Part shown: positions 30,655-41,046 of the stretch, piece by piece
Layout: the number at the start of each line of letters is the position of its first letter
Numbering within the stretch: position 1 is the first letter of the stretch
Assembly: GCA_963793305.1 (NCBI GenBank)
Contig: CAWBZV010000014.1
Location: forward strand, 32,001 to 96,000
Direction: 5' to 3'
DNA: 64,000 bases
From: an uncultured Gemmatimonadales bacterium
Lineage (GTDB): Bacteria; Gemmatimonadota; Gemmatimonadetes; Gemmatimonadales; Gemmatimonadaceae
Notes under the pieces: generated by a model
The model's input: the letters and a program-made list of their open reading frames with translations, nothing else
What the model was told of the DNA's origin: nothing
Database searches by the model: none
Position numbers and translations under genes: made by a program

Positions 30655-33458
30655 GGCGAGTAGCGGACGATCAGATAGCCGCGGAGCTTGTACTTGTACG
30701 GGTCGTCGATCGAGTACCCGGCGCCGACGGTCGCGTCGATGCCGGGGACTCGGACGAAGCCCAATGGCGGGACCACGTACCGCAGCTCGGCTCCGTACAG
30801 GTGGTGCCAGGTGTGCAGCGCTTCGCCGGCGGCGGTGCCCTCGAAGTAGAGCGAGACGGGGATGACGCCTGCCGTCGCGAAGCGATAGTGCAGCAGATAT
30901 TGTCCACCGGCAATTCCCAGTGGCAATGCCGGGTCCGCGATGCGCTGGGTGAGAAGGGACGAGTCGGTGAGTGGCGGCTCGACTCCGCCGAGCACGAATT
31001 GCTCGTACGCGGGAGCGGCGTGGCTGACGAGGCCCCCTTCGAACGACCCGATTGCCGCCACATCGCGGGTGCCGATATGGGCGCTGATATCGGCAAGCAC
31101 ACGCGCCCAGTCGCCACCGTCGGTGCGGCCAGCGGCGGCGCGCAGCGCGCCGCCCCAGCCGAGAATCTGGTCGTCCGTCGTGGCGTCGGCTTTGGTGGAG
31201 GCCGAGGCAAACGCGAAGGTTCGCTGGGCGCCGCCCAGTCGTCCGGCCGAGACTCCAAGTCGGTATTCGTCCGTGTGCCAGCTACCCGCCGCGGGCAACG
31301 AGGCCGCGAATGCGAGGCCATGGTACTCGACGCCGTTGTCCCAGGTGCCGAAGACCTGGCCGTCGACTTCGACCGGCCAACCGCGCCATGCGGCCGACAA
31401 CGACACGCCGCGCCAGGTCTTTCGGTCGCCGAGTGCGCCCTGGAGCATCCAGGCGAGGCGGCCGACGGGATCGGTGCTCGCGAGGGCCAGGGTCGCGAAG
31501 CGCCCTTCGGTGGCTATCGCGCCGCCCGGCAGCACTCGATATCCACGGGGGGCGATGCCATACGCGTGTGGCCCATCGATCGGCTGTGCGGCCAGCGATT
31601 CGGGCACGATCGGCGCCGGCACGGCAACCGGGGCCAGCGTGTCCGGCAGTGATAGCGATCGCGCATCTTGTGCGACGGACAGGCGCGCGCGTTGGACGAC
31701 GCGACCCGTGGCGTGAGTCGTGAGGAAATAGACCCACGAGCCGGTGGCTGCTGGAGAGGAGACAACGCCAAGCCCGGCAGCAAGCGTCCGGGTCGTATTC
31801 GTGGCCAGGTCGATCAGCTCGAGGTGCTCGACGCCACCCGCTTCGGAGACGACGATCACCGAATGCCCGTCGGCGGTAAATACGGGATCGTAGCGATTGG
31901 CCCCGTCGTCGGGCCCGATACGTCTCAGCGCGCTGTCGATCAGGACGACCGACCAGTTGTGACCGTCGTGCATGGCGACCGCGGTGGGACCGCCGATGGG
32001 CGAGACGCGAGGGTGGTCGTATGTCGTGTCCGGCGAGCCGGCCCGAAGCAACCGCACACTGCCAGAGACCAGGTTGACGGACACGAGATCGCACGTGCCA
32101 TCGTGGCATCGAACGGCGGCCGCGGTTCGTCCATCCAGAGCAGGATCCGCGTCGCGCACACCCGCGCCGTGCGTGACGCGATGCACGGTCCCTTGTCGCA
32201 GCGACCACAGAAAGAGATCGCGTCGAAGCGCCCCGTCGGCACGAGGCTCCAGACGAGATACCAAGATCGACGGGACACTGTCATGGCCAATAAAACGCGG
32301 CTCGTCGAATCCACGATTGTGGGCCGACGTGAGCTGTGCGATCGTGCGACGGTGGGGCGGACCAACGTCGATCGCCGGCACGTCTTTCGGATCGCGCTGG
32401 AGCAACTCGCGGCGTTGGCGCGCGATCGCCGTGTCCGCGCCGGACCAGGGGGCGGTCGTTGAGACGACGATGCGCGTCGACTTCCCGCGCGCCCGGATCG
32501 GGATTGCCAGCAGGCGCCCGTTCGCCGACACGGCGGGGGCGCCCGTGTACCAGGTGGTGCGTTCGACAGTCTCGCCCGTGTCGATGCCGGACGCGACCAG
32601 CAGGGATTGCGCGGCGAGTGCCTTGCGGGTGAGCTCGACGGTGAAGCGGCCATAGAGCTCATCGCTCGAGGCGCCGAACACGCCCATGAATGCCTCGTCG
32701 AACGTGCGCTCGCGGCGGGCGGTCATGCGGCGCCACAAGTGTGGGAGCGACGAGTCGCCGTGATTGGCAGACAACCATTCCAAGTACGCCGAACCAGCGA
32801 GATACGCGAGCTCACCGCCCTCGAATCGTGGGGAGCCGTCGAGTGCGCCGTACGTCGGGAGATGCCCTTCGAGGGCGAGAACGCGGAGCACCGCCGCGCG
32901 GGCCGCGCCGTGTGGCCGGCCGTCCCCGGTTAAGCGGCCCTCGACGAGCGTGGCGTATCCCTCGATCACCCAGCGTGGCGATTGTGCGGCAATCGGGCTG
33001 ATTTCGGCCGGTGCGAGCTGGGCGAGGAGCCGTTCCCACGGATTGCGCGACGGAATCGTCAGGTGCGCAATGTGCGTGTACTCGTGCGTGATCAGCGTCT
33101 GGCCCCAATCGCGATAGTTGCCGATGTCGTCCGAGGGCTCGGGCGCCGCGGCGAACAGCACGATCGTGGGCGCGTCGAGAAACGGGAGCGCGAATCCGTT
33201 GGCGCTGTTATAGGGGTCGTCAATCAAAATAGTGACGCGGTGTGTCGGGCCACCGCCGACGATGGAGTCGACCGACGCGCGAACGGATTCGAGCCGGCGA
33301 GCTATATCGAGAGACCACGCGCGGGTCGACGCGGGGAAGTCGACCGTGAAGTGCGGCGTGCGGACGGTTTCCCAGTGCTGAGCGGGACGCAAGACCGATT
33401 GGGCCGTGAGTGCGGCCGGAACGATCCATGACAACGTGGCGAGGGCCCGGTGCGACAT
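30651..33458 (-). CDS. secreted zincin metallopeptidase + TolB-like propeller + beta-rich C-terminal domain
   Basis: THEYTH and PRWVIEGYA (gluzincin pattern); repeats DADPALDG, DHPRVSP, YDPVFTADG; signal peptide. Confidence 0.75.
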   Translation of the reverse strand: MSHRALATLSWIVPAALTAQSVLRPAQHWETVRTPHFTVDFPASTRAWSLDIARRLESVRASVDSIVGGGPTHRVTILIDDPYNSANGFALPFLDAPTIVLFAAAPEPSDDIGNYRDWGQTLITHEYTHIAHLTIPSRNPWERLLAQLAPAEISPIAAQSPRWVIEGYATLVEGRLTGDGRPHGAARAAVLRVLALEGHLPTYGALDGSPRFEGGELAYLAGSAYLEWLSANHGDSSLPHLWRRMTARRERTFDEAFMGVFGASSDELYGRFTVELTRKALAAQSLLVASGIDTGETVERTTWYTGAPAVSANGRLLAIPIRARGKSTRIVVSTTAPWSGADTAIARQRRELLQRDPKDVPAIDVGPPHRRTIAQLTSAHNRGFDEPRFIGHDSVPSILVSRLEPRADGALRRDLFLWSLRQGTVHRVTHGAGVRDADPALDGRTAAAVRCHDGTCDLVSVNLVSGSVRLLRAGSPDTTYDHPRVSPIGGPTAVAMHDGHNWSVVLIDSALRRIGPDDGANRYDPVFTADGHSVIVVSEAGGVEHLELIDLATNTTRTLAAGLGVVSSPAATGSWVYFLTTHATGRVVQRARLSVAQDARSLSLPDTLAPVAVPAPIVPESLAAQPIDGPHAYGIAPRGYRVLPGGAIATEGRFATLALASTDPVGRLAWMLQGALGDRKTWRGVSLSAAWRGWPVEVDGQVFGTWDNGVEYHGLAFAASLPAAGSWHTDEYRLGVSAGRLGGAQRTFAFASASTKADATTDDQILGWGGALRAAAGRTDGGDWARVLADISAHIGTRDVAAIGSFEGGLVSHAAPAYEQFVLGGVEPPLTDSSLLTQRIADPALPLGIAGGQYLLHYRFATAGVIPVSLYFEGTAAGEALHTWHHLYGAELRYVVPPLGFVRVPGIDATVGAGYSIDDPYKYKLRGYLIVRYSP

Positions 33459-33485
33459 CGGCACAAAACTAGTAGATCTGGGTCT

Positions 33486-34154
33486 ATGGTGATCGGCGTC
33501 GTCGGGGATTCCGGGTCCGGGAAGACCACGTTGTCCGCCGCCATCGCCGCCGAGATCGGGCATGCGCGCGTGACATTGATCTGTCTCGACGACTATCACC
33601 GATACGATCGCGCGGATCGCTCCCGCCTCGATCTCACCGCACTGACCCCCGAGTGCAATCGCCTTGATCTCATGGCCGAGCATCTCCAGGCGCTCAAACG
33701 GGGCTCGACCGTCGTCAAACCCGTGTATAACCACGAGCATGGCACGTTCGATCCCGACGAGCAGGTGACGCCGGGGGACATCGTGATCGCGCGTGGGTTG
33801 CTCGGTCTACATACGCCCGAGTTACGGGCCGCGTTTGATCTCACGGTATTCCTGGACCCGGACGCAGCGCTTCGCATTCGCTGGAAGATCGCGCGGGACA
33901 CCGCCAAGCGTGGTTACACGGCCGAGCAGGTTCTTCAGCATATCCGCCGGAGACAGACCGATTACGAGCGCTACATCGCGCCGCAGCGGTCCCATGCCAA
34001 TGTCGTGATCATGTACTCACCCGCCCCTGACGGAACGCTGACGCTCCGCACCGACGTGCGCACCAAACGTGACGTGTCAATTGTGCTGGCCGCGGCGGAA
34101 CGCGCGCGGTGTCAGGCGGGGACCGCGGCGTCTTTGCCTGTCGAAGCCCGGTAG
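33486..34154 (+). CDS. phosphoribulokinase-like kinase (PRK/uridine kinase family), short form
   Basis: GDSGSGKTT, ICLDDYHRYDR, TALTPECN, KPVYNH, WKIARDTAKRGY, YIAPQR. Confidence 0.8.
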   Translation: MVIGVVGDSGSGKTTLSAAIAAEIGHARVTLICLDDYHRYDRADRSRLDLTALTPECNRLDLMAEHLQALKRGSTVVKPVYNHEHGTFDPDEQVTPGDIVIARGLLGLHTPELRAAFDLTVFLDPDAALRIRWKIARDTAKRGYTAEQVLQHIRRRQTDYERYIAPQRSHANVVIMYSPAPDGTLTLRTDVRTKRDVSIVLAAAERARCQAGTAASLPVEAR

Positions 34155-35129
34155 GCCATCGCCTTGAGCCGCGCGACGCGGATGGCCATCGGCGGATGCG
34201 TGGCGAGCAAGTCAGCGATCTTGCCTTCTTTGTTCGATACCGCGCGCCCGAGCGGATCGGCGATGCACAGGTGGGCTGCGCCGCCTTTGATCACGCTCGA
34301 CGGGATGTCGGCGTGATCGATTTTCTCCAGCGCTGACGCGAGCGCGGCCGGGTTGCGCGTATACTGCGCGCCCGAGGCGTCGGCGAGGTACTCGCGATCC
34401 CGGCTGACGGCCATCGCGAGGAGCCGCGTGACCAACGGCGCGAGCATCCAGCTGATGATCCAGATGACGAAGAGGACGGCGACGAGCGCGCCATTCGAGC
34501 CGCCCTCTTCGTCGCGATCTCGTCCGCTGGAGCCCCACGGCATGAAGCGCCAGGCGCCGTTCGCGATGAGCGCCACCACACCGACGAGTGCCGCCAGCGT
34601 CGTCATCAGTCGGACGTTCGAGATTCTTGACATGGCCCATCTCGTGGGCAATCACGCCTTGCAACTCATCGCGGTTGACCAGGCCGAGGAGGCCGGTGGT
34701 GACGGCGATGCTGGCGGTCTTCTCGTCGTGGCCGGTGGCGAATGCGTTCGGATCGGCATCGTCGATCACGTAGACCGCCGGCTTCGGTAGCCCCGAGGCG
34801 ATCGCCATCTCTTCGACGACATTGACGAGTTGCTTTTCTTCCGGCGTCGACGGGGTTTCGAGCTTCCGGGCGCCAGTGGACCAGAGGATGGCCGAGGGGC
34901 CGATCAGCCATGACCAGGCCGTCATCCCCATCGCCAACGCGATCATCGCCAGTCCGACGAACGGAAAGACGTGATGGTGCCCGGGCGGGGCGTTCTTGGT
35001 GGACAGGTACCAGATGAAATCGCCGCCGAAGCCGAGCCAGGCGAAGAACAGCACGAACAGGACTATGACCCACCGTGACTCGCGGCGGTTCTTCTCCTGC
35101 TGCGCGAAAAGGTTCGCCGACTCGGCCAC
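34112..35129 (-). CDS. htpX: HtpX-like M48 protease (one +1 frameshift at ~34617)
   Basis: PNAFATG, ELQGVIAHEMGH, SRDREYLAD, THPP; removing one base restores HVKNLDVRLMT. Confidence 0.9.
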
Positions 35130-35144
35130 GTGCTAACCCCTTCC

Positions 35145-35744
35145 TTATTTCTGCGGCGGGGTCATCGAGAGATCGACGTTCACATTCTCGCGCTCGGCCG
35201 CGTCCGTGATTTCCCAGAGCTCGGCCGCCTTGGCGCCAGCCATCCCCGCGACGAGCGACGTCGGGAATTGTTGTTGCTTCGTGTTGTACTCGGTCGCCGT
35301 ATCATTGTAGAGCTGGCGGGCGAACGCGATCTTGTTCTCGGTCGAGGTGAGCTCTTCCTGCAGTTGGGCCACGTTGCCGGTGGCCTTCAAGTCAGGATAG
35401 GCTTCCACCACCGCGAAGAGTTTCGACAGGGCGCCCGAGAGCTGTCCCTCGGCGGCCGCCGTCTGCCCGACGCTGGGTCCGGTCGGCCCGCCGGCGCTCT
35501 GGACGGCGATCGCTTTGTTCCGGGCGCTGATCACGGCTTCCAGCGTGTCTTTCTCGAACTGCATCGCGCCTTTCACCGTGTTGACCAAGTTCGGGATCAG
35601 ATCGTGCCGCCGCTTGAGCTGCACGTCGATCTGTTTCCAGGCGTTTGCGACTTGGTTCTTGAGCGCAACGAGTCCGTTATACGCGCCGATGACCCAGAAG
35701 GCCAGTGCGGCAGCGACCACCACGAGCACGATCAGGGGTAGCAT
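35145..35744 (-). CDS. lemA: LemA family protein
   Basis: YNGLV, IDVQLKRRHDLIPNLV, EAYPDLKA, TENKIAFARQLYN. Confidence 0.96.
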   Translation of the reverse strand: MLPLIVLVVVAAALAFWVIGAYNGLVALKNQVANAWKQIDVQLKRRHDLIPNLVNTVKGAMQFEKDTLEAVISARNKAIAVQSAGGPTGPSVGQTAAAEGQLSGALSKLFAVVEAYPDLKATGNVAQLQEELTSTENKIAFARQLYNDTATEYNTKQQQFPTSLVAGMAGAKAAELWEITDAAERENVNVDLSMTPPQK

Positions 35745-35762
35745 CGAGAAACTCCCGGAGTG

Positions 35763-35927
35763 TCAGGTCCTCTTGCGCGTGATCTTATCGAGGACCTTCG
35801 TGATGGGCATGATGAAGAGAGGGGTCAGCAGGCCGCCGAGCAGTACGTTGACCCACGTGAGGGCGATGAAAAAGCAGCCAATGCCGATGCCGACCCACAG
35901 TGTTCCCAGGGGACCGTGATTCTCCAT
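35763..35927 (-). CDS. 54-aa small membrane protein
   Basis: Manual translation MENHGPLGTLWVGIGIGCFFIALTWVNVLLGGLLTPLFIMPITKVLDKITRKRT; fills the lemA-tilS gap. Confidence 0.65.
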   Translation of the reverse strand: MENHGPLGTLWVGIGIGCFFIALTWVNVLLGGLLTPLFIMPITKVLDKITRKRT

Positions 35928-35940
35928 AGCTTAAAAGTCT

Positions 35941-36846
35941 ATGGTTGACGAGGCTGTCGCGAAAGCTCTCGCTGGAAAGCCCCGGGTCGTCCTCGCCGTG
36001 TCCGGTGGGACGGATTCTATGGCGTTGCTCGAGGCGGCCGCGCACACCGCCCGCGCTCGTATATCCGCGGTCGCGACGTTCGACCATGGCACGGGGGAGG
36101 CCGCACGCCGCGCGGCGGCGTTAGTAGCGGATCGCACACTCGCGCTCGGACTGAGGATCGTCACGGGGCAATCCGGGGCACCCGGTCGCACGGAGGCCGA
36201 GTGGCGTGCGGCACGGTGGAGCTTTCTGCGCGGCGTAGCCCGAGAGAGTCGAGCCACCGTTGTCACGGCACACACTCGAGATGATCAGGTCGAGACCGTC
36301 GTCATGCGGATCATGCGGGCGGCGGGCGCTCGGGGCCTGGCGGGTCTCTATGCTGATTCCGACGTGCTACGGCCACTGATCGACGTGCCGAGAAGCGAGA
36401 TCGCGACGTACATACGGGAACGCAATATTTCCGTAATCGACGATCCCTCGAACGCCTCGCCTCGGCATCTGCGTAACCGCGTTCGGTTGGATCTGCTCCC
36501 GGCGTTAAGGCGAGTACGACCGAAGGTCGACGAGGAGATCCTCGCGATTGCGCGAAGGGCGGCGGAGTGGCGGAGGGAAGTCGAGCGACTGGTGAAGGGG
36601 TTTTGCCCCGTCGACCGCATGGGCGACCACTTCGCCGTTGCGGTGGCAGATCTCGCGGGGTATGATGCCGCATCTCTCGCCATCATTTGGCCCGCGATCG
36701 CCGCGCGGGCGGGCGTAACGCTCGATTGGCGGGGAACCTCGCGCGTGGTCGCGTTTACGACCGGGGGACGGGTGGGCTCGTCAATACAGTTGTCCGGCGG
36801 CGTCGAGGTCGTGCGCACGCGAGCGCAGTTTGTCATCCGCCCCTGA
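35941..36846 (+). CDS. tilS: tRNA(Ile)-lysidine synthetase
   Basis: AVSGGTDS, AHTRDDQVET, RPL, DPSN...RNRVR; next to hpt-ftsH. Confidence 0.92.
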   Translation: MVDEAVAKALAGKPRVVLAVSGGTDSMALLEAAAHTARARISAVATFDHGTGEAARRAAALVADRTLALGLRIVTGQSGAPGRTEAEWRAARWSFLRGVARESRATVVTAHTRDDQVETVVMRIMRAAGARGLAGLYADSDVLRPLIDVPRSEIATYIRERNISVIDDPSNASPRHLRNRVRLDLLPALRRVRPKVDEEILAIARRAAEWRREVERLVKGFCPVDRMGDHFAVAVADLAGYDAASLAIIWPAIAARAGVTLDWRGTSRVVAFTTGGRVGSSIQLSGGVEVVRTRAQFVIRP

Positions 36847-37375
36847 TCCGCGGCTCGGCGGGCGCTCTCTCGCCCGTATCGTGTACGACGAGACGACGAT
36901 CGCGCGGCGAGTCGGAGAACTCGGGGCCGAGATCACGGATTGGTATGCCGAGGGCGATCTGCTGATCTTGGGTGCGCTTAAGGGAAGCGTAATCTTCTTC
37001 AGCGATCTCATCAGGCGTATCGAACGCCCGCTCCAGGTCGACTTCGTGATCGCTTCCAGCTACGGGAGCGGCCGGGAATCAAGTGGAGCGGTTCATCTGG
37101 TGTATGACCCTGAAACCAGGCTTGAAGGGAAACACTTATTATTAGTAGAGGATATAGTCGATTCCGGTCGAACCTTGAACCGCCTCATGGGCGTGCTGCG
37201 CGAGCGGCGGCCCAGTTCGTTGGAGGTATGCGCCTTGCTCCATAAGCACATTGCCTCGGCGTTGCAGGAGCGGGTCAAGTTCGTCGGTTTTGACGCTCCA
37301 CACGACTTTCTGGTTGGGTACGGGCTGGATCATGCGGAGGATTTCCGCCACCTGCCCTATATCGCGAGCTTATAA
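36830..37375 (+). CDS. hpt: hypoxanthine phosphoribosyltransferase
   Basis: LKGS, SSYG, LLVEDIVDSGRTL, FLVGYGLD. Confidence 0.95.
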   Translation: MSSAPDPRLGGRSLARIVYDETTIARRVGELGAEITDWYAEGDLLILGALKGSVIFFSDLIRRIERPLQVDFVIASSYGSGRESSGAVHLVYDPETRLEGKHLLLVEDIVDSGRTLNRLMGVLRERRPSSLEVCALLHKHIASALQERVKFVGFDAPHDFLVGYGLDHAEDFRHLPYIASL

Positions 37376-37377
37376 GC

Positions 37378-39372
37378 ATGCCTGTATTGCCTACGCCGCC
37401 GAACAACGGCAACAACAAGAAGAAAGTGAGCTGGGGAAGCATCTCCAAGACGCTCTCTTTTTGGATCCTGATCATCCTGATCCCGATCGTTTTCATTCAA
37501 TTTTCCAGCGCGCGGAATGACCCCGCGCCGCAGATCATATACTCGCAGTACGATCAACAACTGCAGGCCGACAACATCAAGTCGGTTGTCATCCAGGCCG
37601 GACGCATCACCGGCGAGTTCAAGAACAAAGTCGAGTTCCAGGGCCAAGAACGTTCAAAATTCACGGTCAAGCTTCCGGTCGAAAACTCGGACGAGGAACT
37701 GGACCGCCTGCGCTATCACAACGTGCAGATCGAGGCCAAGGGCGATAACCCGGGCATCGGTGTGTACGTGATGAACCTGCTACCCTATCTGTTCATCATT
37801 GGCCTGTGGGTGTTCTTATTCCGTCAGATGCAGGCGGGTGGCGCCAAGGCTTTCTCATTCGGGAAATCCAAGGCGAAGCTGCTGACGGGCGACACGCCCA
37901 AGGTCACCTTCGCGGACGTCGCTGGAGCTGACGAGGCCAAGGTTGAGCTCCAAGAAATCATAGAATTTCTGAAGGATCCGCAGAAATTCACGAAGCTCGG
38001 GGGCCGTCTCCCAAAGGGCGCTCTCCTCGTCGGTCCTCCAGGTACCGGCAAGACTCTGCTGGCCAAGGCGGTCGCTGGTGAGGCCGGAAGACCGTTCTTC
38101 TCGATGTCGGGCTCTGACTTCGTCGAGATGTTCGTTGGTGTCGGCGCGAGCCGCGTGAGAGATCTATTTGAGCAGGGCAAGGCTCACGCCCCCTGTATCA
38201 TCTTCATCGACGAAATCGACGCGGTCGGTCGCCATCGTGGAGCCGGCCTGGGTGGCGGTCACGATGAGCGCGAGCAGACGCTCAATCAGTTGCTCGTCGA
38301 GATGGATGGCTTTGAATCCAACGACGGCGTGATCCTGATCGCGGCGACAAACCGCCCCGACGTCCTCGACCCGGCCTTGCTACGTCCCGGCCGCTTCGAC
38401 CGTCAGATCGTTGTTGACGCCCCGGATCTCCGGGGCCGTGAGGGCATTCTGCGCGTGCATCTGCGCAACAAGCCAGTCGCGGACGACGTGAATGTCACCA
38501 CGCTTGCGCGGGGCACTCCCGGCATGGCCGGCGCGGATTTGGCGAACCTCGTGAACGAGGGCGCCCTGCTCGCGGCCAGGCGGAACCACGAGAAAGTGTT
38601 CATGGCCGATCTCGAGGAGGCCAAGGACAAGGTCATGCTCGGCGCCGAGCGCAAGAGCATGGTCATGAAGGACGAAGAGAAGCGGAATACCGCCTACCAT
38701 GAGGCGGGCCACGCCGTCTGCGCGATGACGGTCGACGGCAACGATCCGTTGCACAAGGTCACGATCGTGCCCCGCGGCCGTTCGCTCGGTCTCGCGTTCA
38801 CGCTGCCCGAGGATGACCGCGTGTCCGTCACGCGCCACCAGCTCGAAGCCCGGCTCGTGATGGCGTACGGTGGTCGCGTCGCCGAGGAGTTGATCTTCGG
38901 CCGGGATCGCGTGACGACCGGCGCGATGAGTGATATCCAGCAGGCCACGGGGATCGCGCGTCGCTACGTGTCCCAGTGGGGGCTCTCGGACGCGATTGGT
39001 CCGGTGCTCGTCGGCGACAACGAGCAAGAGGTCTTCTTGGGTCGCGAGCTGCAGCATCGCCGAGAGGTGTCCGAGAAGACTGCCCAGCTCGTGGACGCCG
39101 AGGTCGCGCGCGTGATCAACGAGGCGTACACTCGCGCGAAGGAGACGCTGACGACGCACAGGGACCTGTTGCACAAGGTCGCGGCGGCGTTGCTCGAGCG
39201 GGAGACGCTGACGAGAGATGACATCGGGTACCTGATGCGCGGCGAGGAATTGCCGCCGCGTCCGCCGGCGCTCCCAACGGTCCCACCCGCGCCGGTCGCG
39301 CCAATTCCAGTCGGCGAGCCCCGCCGGTCCGCGCCTCCGCTGCTCGGGGGTCCGGAGGTCGCGCCCGCCTGA
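37378..39372 (+). CDS. ftsH: ATP-dependent zinc metalloprotease FtsH
   Basis: Two [29 protein letters not shown]. Confidence 0.98.
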   Translation: MPVLPTPPNNGNNKKKVSWGSISKTLSFWILIILIPIVFIQFSSARNDPAPQIIYSQYDQQLQADNIKSVVIQAGRITGEFKNKVEFQGQERSKFTVKLPVENSDEELDRLRYHNVQIEAKGDNPGIGVYVMNLLPYLFIIGLWVFLFRQMQAGGAKAFSFGKSKAKLLTGDTPKVTFADVAGADEAKVELQEIIEFLKDPQKFTKLGGRLPKGALLVGPPGTGKTLLAKAVAGEAGRPFFSMSGSDFVEMFVGVGASRVRDLFEQGKAHAPCIIFIDEIDAVGRHRGAGLGGGHDEREQTLNQLLVEMDGFESNDGVILIAATNRPDVLDPALLRPGRFDRQIVVDAPDLRGREGILRVHLRNKPVADDVNVTTLARGTPGMAGADLANLVNEGALLAARRNHEKVFMADLEEAKDKVMLGAERKSMVMKDEEKRNTAYHEAGHAVCAMTVDGNDPLHKVTIVPRGRSLGLAFTLPEDDRVSVTRHQLEARLVMAYGGRVAEELIFGRDRVTTGAMSDIQQATGIARRYVSQWGLSDAIGPVLVGDNEQEVFLGRELQHRREVSEKTAQLVDAEVARVINEAYTRAKETLTTHRDLLHKVAAALLERETLTRDDIGYLMRGEELPPRPPALPTVPPAPVAPIPVGEPRRSAPPLLGGPEVAPA

Positions 39373-40217
39373 TCTGGCGCATCCGAGGCGGAGATATCGC
39401 CCTCGACCGACCGATCGTGGTCGGCATTGTAAACGTCACCCCCGACAGCTTCAGCGACGGGGGTGACTTTTTTTCGCCCGACGCGGCCGTGGCGCACGGC
39501 AGGCAGCTCGTCGCCGACGGCGCCGACATCCTGGACATCGGTGGCGAGTCAACGCGGCCGAACGCCTCCCCTGTCTTGATCTCCGAGGAGATCCGACGGG
39601 TTGTTCCCGTTGTGCGCGCGCTTCGCGCTGCGCTCCCAGATACGCCGGTGTCTATCGACACGGTCAAAGCGCCCGTCGCCGAGGCAGCGATCGCGACTGG
39701 CGCGGTCATCGTGAACGACGTGTCGGGACTCCGGCTTGATCCCGATATGGGTCCGCTGTGCGCATCGTCCGGTGTTGGTGTCGTGCTCATGCACTCCCGT
39801 GGCGCCGTCACGGACATGGCCACCTATACGCATGCGCAGTACACCGAAGTCACTCGCGAAGTCGTCGCCGAGTTGCGTTCGCGCGTCAGCGCGGCGCGTG
39901 ATGCTGGGATAGACGACCGCTCGGTTGTCCTCGACCCGGGGATCGGTTTCTCGAAGCGCACCGAACACTCCATTCGGCTGCTGGCCAACCTGCCCGAGAT
40001 CGTAGCGCTGGGACTGCCAGTTCTGGTGGGCGTATCGCGAAAGCGATTTATCGGAGAGATTACCGGCGTGACGACCACCGCGGATCGCGAAGAGGGCACG
40101 ATGGCCGCCAATGTGGTGGCGCTGACGTTGGGCGCTCGACTGTTCCGCGTGCACGATGTCCGTGCGGCCAGACGATCGCTCGACGTGGCGTGGGAGATCA
40201 TGAGGCGGATGCGCTAG
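39369..40217 (+). CDS. folP: dihydropteroate synthase
   Basis: NVTPDSFSDGG, DIGGESTRP, DPGIGF, SRKRF, RVHDV; CTG start overlapping ftsH stop inferred. Confidence 0.95.
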   Translation: MIWRIRGGDIALDRPIVVGIVNVTPDSFSDGGDFFSPDAAVAHGRQLVADGADILDIGGESTRPNASPVLISEEIRRVVPVVRALRAALPDTPVSIDTVKAPVAEAAIATGAVIVNDVSGLRLDPDMGPLCASSGVGVVLMHSRGAVTDMATYTHAQYTEVTREVVAELRSRVSAARDAGIDDRSVVLDPGIGFSKRTEHSIRLLANLPEIVALGLPVLVGVSRKRFIGEITGVTTTADREEGTMAANVVALTLGARLFRVHDVRAARRSLDVAWEIMRRMR

Positions 40218-41008
40218 TGGATTTCCTGGATCAGTTCCGCGGACTCACGTTCGGATGGCGCGATGCGCTCGAGATCGCATTCGTCGCGTACCTTCTCTAC
40301 CGCGGGCTGCTCCTCGTGCGCGGCACGCGAGCCGTGCAGATCCTGAGCGGGATCGTCGTGCTCGTCGTCGTGTATGCGGTCGCCGTCGTGCTCAAGCTGT
40401 CGATGATCACGTACCTGCTCGGCCTCCTCTTCACCTACGGCGTGTTTGCCGGAATCGTGATCTTCCAGCCCGAGGTCCGGCAGGCGTTGGCCCACCTCGG
40501 CTCCTCACGCGTGACGCGGCTCCTGAGGGGGATGGCCGAGTCGGAGGTCGCCGATGCGATCAGCGATGCGCTGGAGCGCCTCAGCCGGTCGGGCATTGGC
40601 GCGATCATCGCGGTCGAGCGGGAGAGCCCACTCGGGGAATACATCCAGTCGGGGACGGAGCTGAACGCGAAGGTATCCTCTGACCTGTTGGCGACGATCT
40701 TTACGCCGTACTCGCCGTTGCACGACGGCGCCGTGATCATTCGCGGCGATACGATCATCGGCGCAGGTTGCATCCTCCCGCTGTCCCAGGCGCCGATCTC
40801 GGATCGGTCCCTCGGCACCCGGCACCGGGCGGCGCTGGGTCTGGCCGAGGAGACGGACGCCTATGTGTTCGTGGTGTCGGAGGAGACAGCGGTGATCTCG
40901 ATGGCCTGTGACGGTCGCTTGACCCGTTCCTTGTCGCCTATCCAGGCCCGGGACCAACTGTCCGGGCGCAGGACCCGGGCCGGCAGCGAGCAGGCGGCGT
41001 TGCCGTGA
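40217..41008 (+). CDS. cdaA: diadenylate cyclase CdaA
   Basis: Three TM, IFQPEVR, PLHDGAV, GTRHRAA. Confidence 0.94.
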   Translation: MDFLDQFRGLTFGWRDALEIAFVAYLLYRGLLLVRGTRAVQILSGIVVLVVVYAVAVVLKLSMITYLLGLLFTYGVFAGIVIFQPEVRQALAHLGSSRVTRLLRGMAESEVADAISDALERLSRSGIGAIIAVERESPLGEYIQSGTELNAKVSSDLLATIFTPYSPLHDGAVIIRGDTIIGAGCILPLSQAPISDRSLGTRHRAALGLAEETDAYVFVVSEETAVISMACDGRLTRSLSPIQARDQLSGRRTRAGSEQAALP

Positions 41009-41009
41009 C

Positions 41010-41038
41010 TTGCGGCAAGCGCTAACTCCCGATATTTT
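41010..41038 (+). promoter_or_regulatory. sigma70-like promoter TTGCGG-N17-TATTTT, 8 nt before yggS ATG
   Basis: 17-nt spacing; no SD before the start codon. Confidence 0.5.
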
Positions 41039-41046
41039 CACATGTT

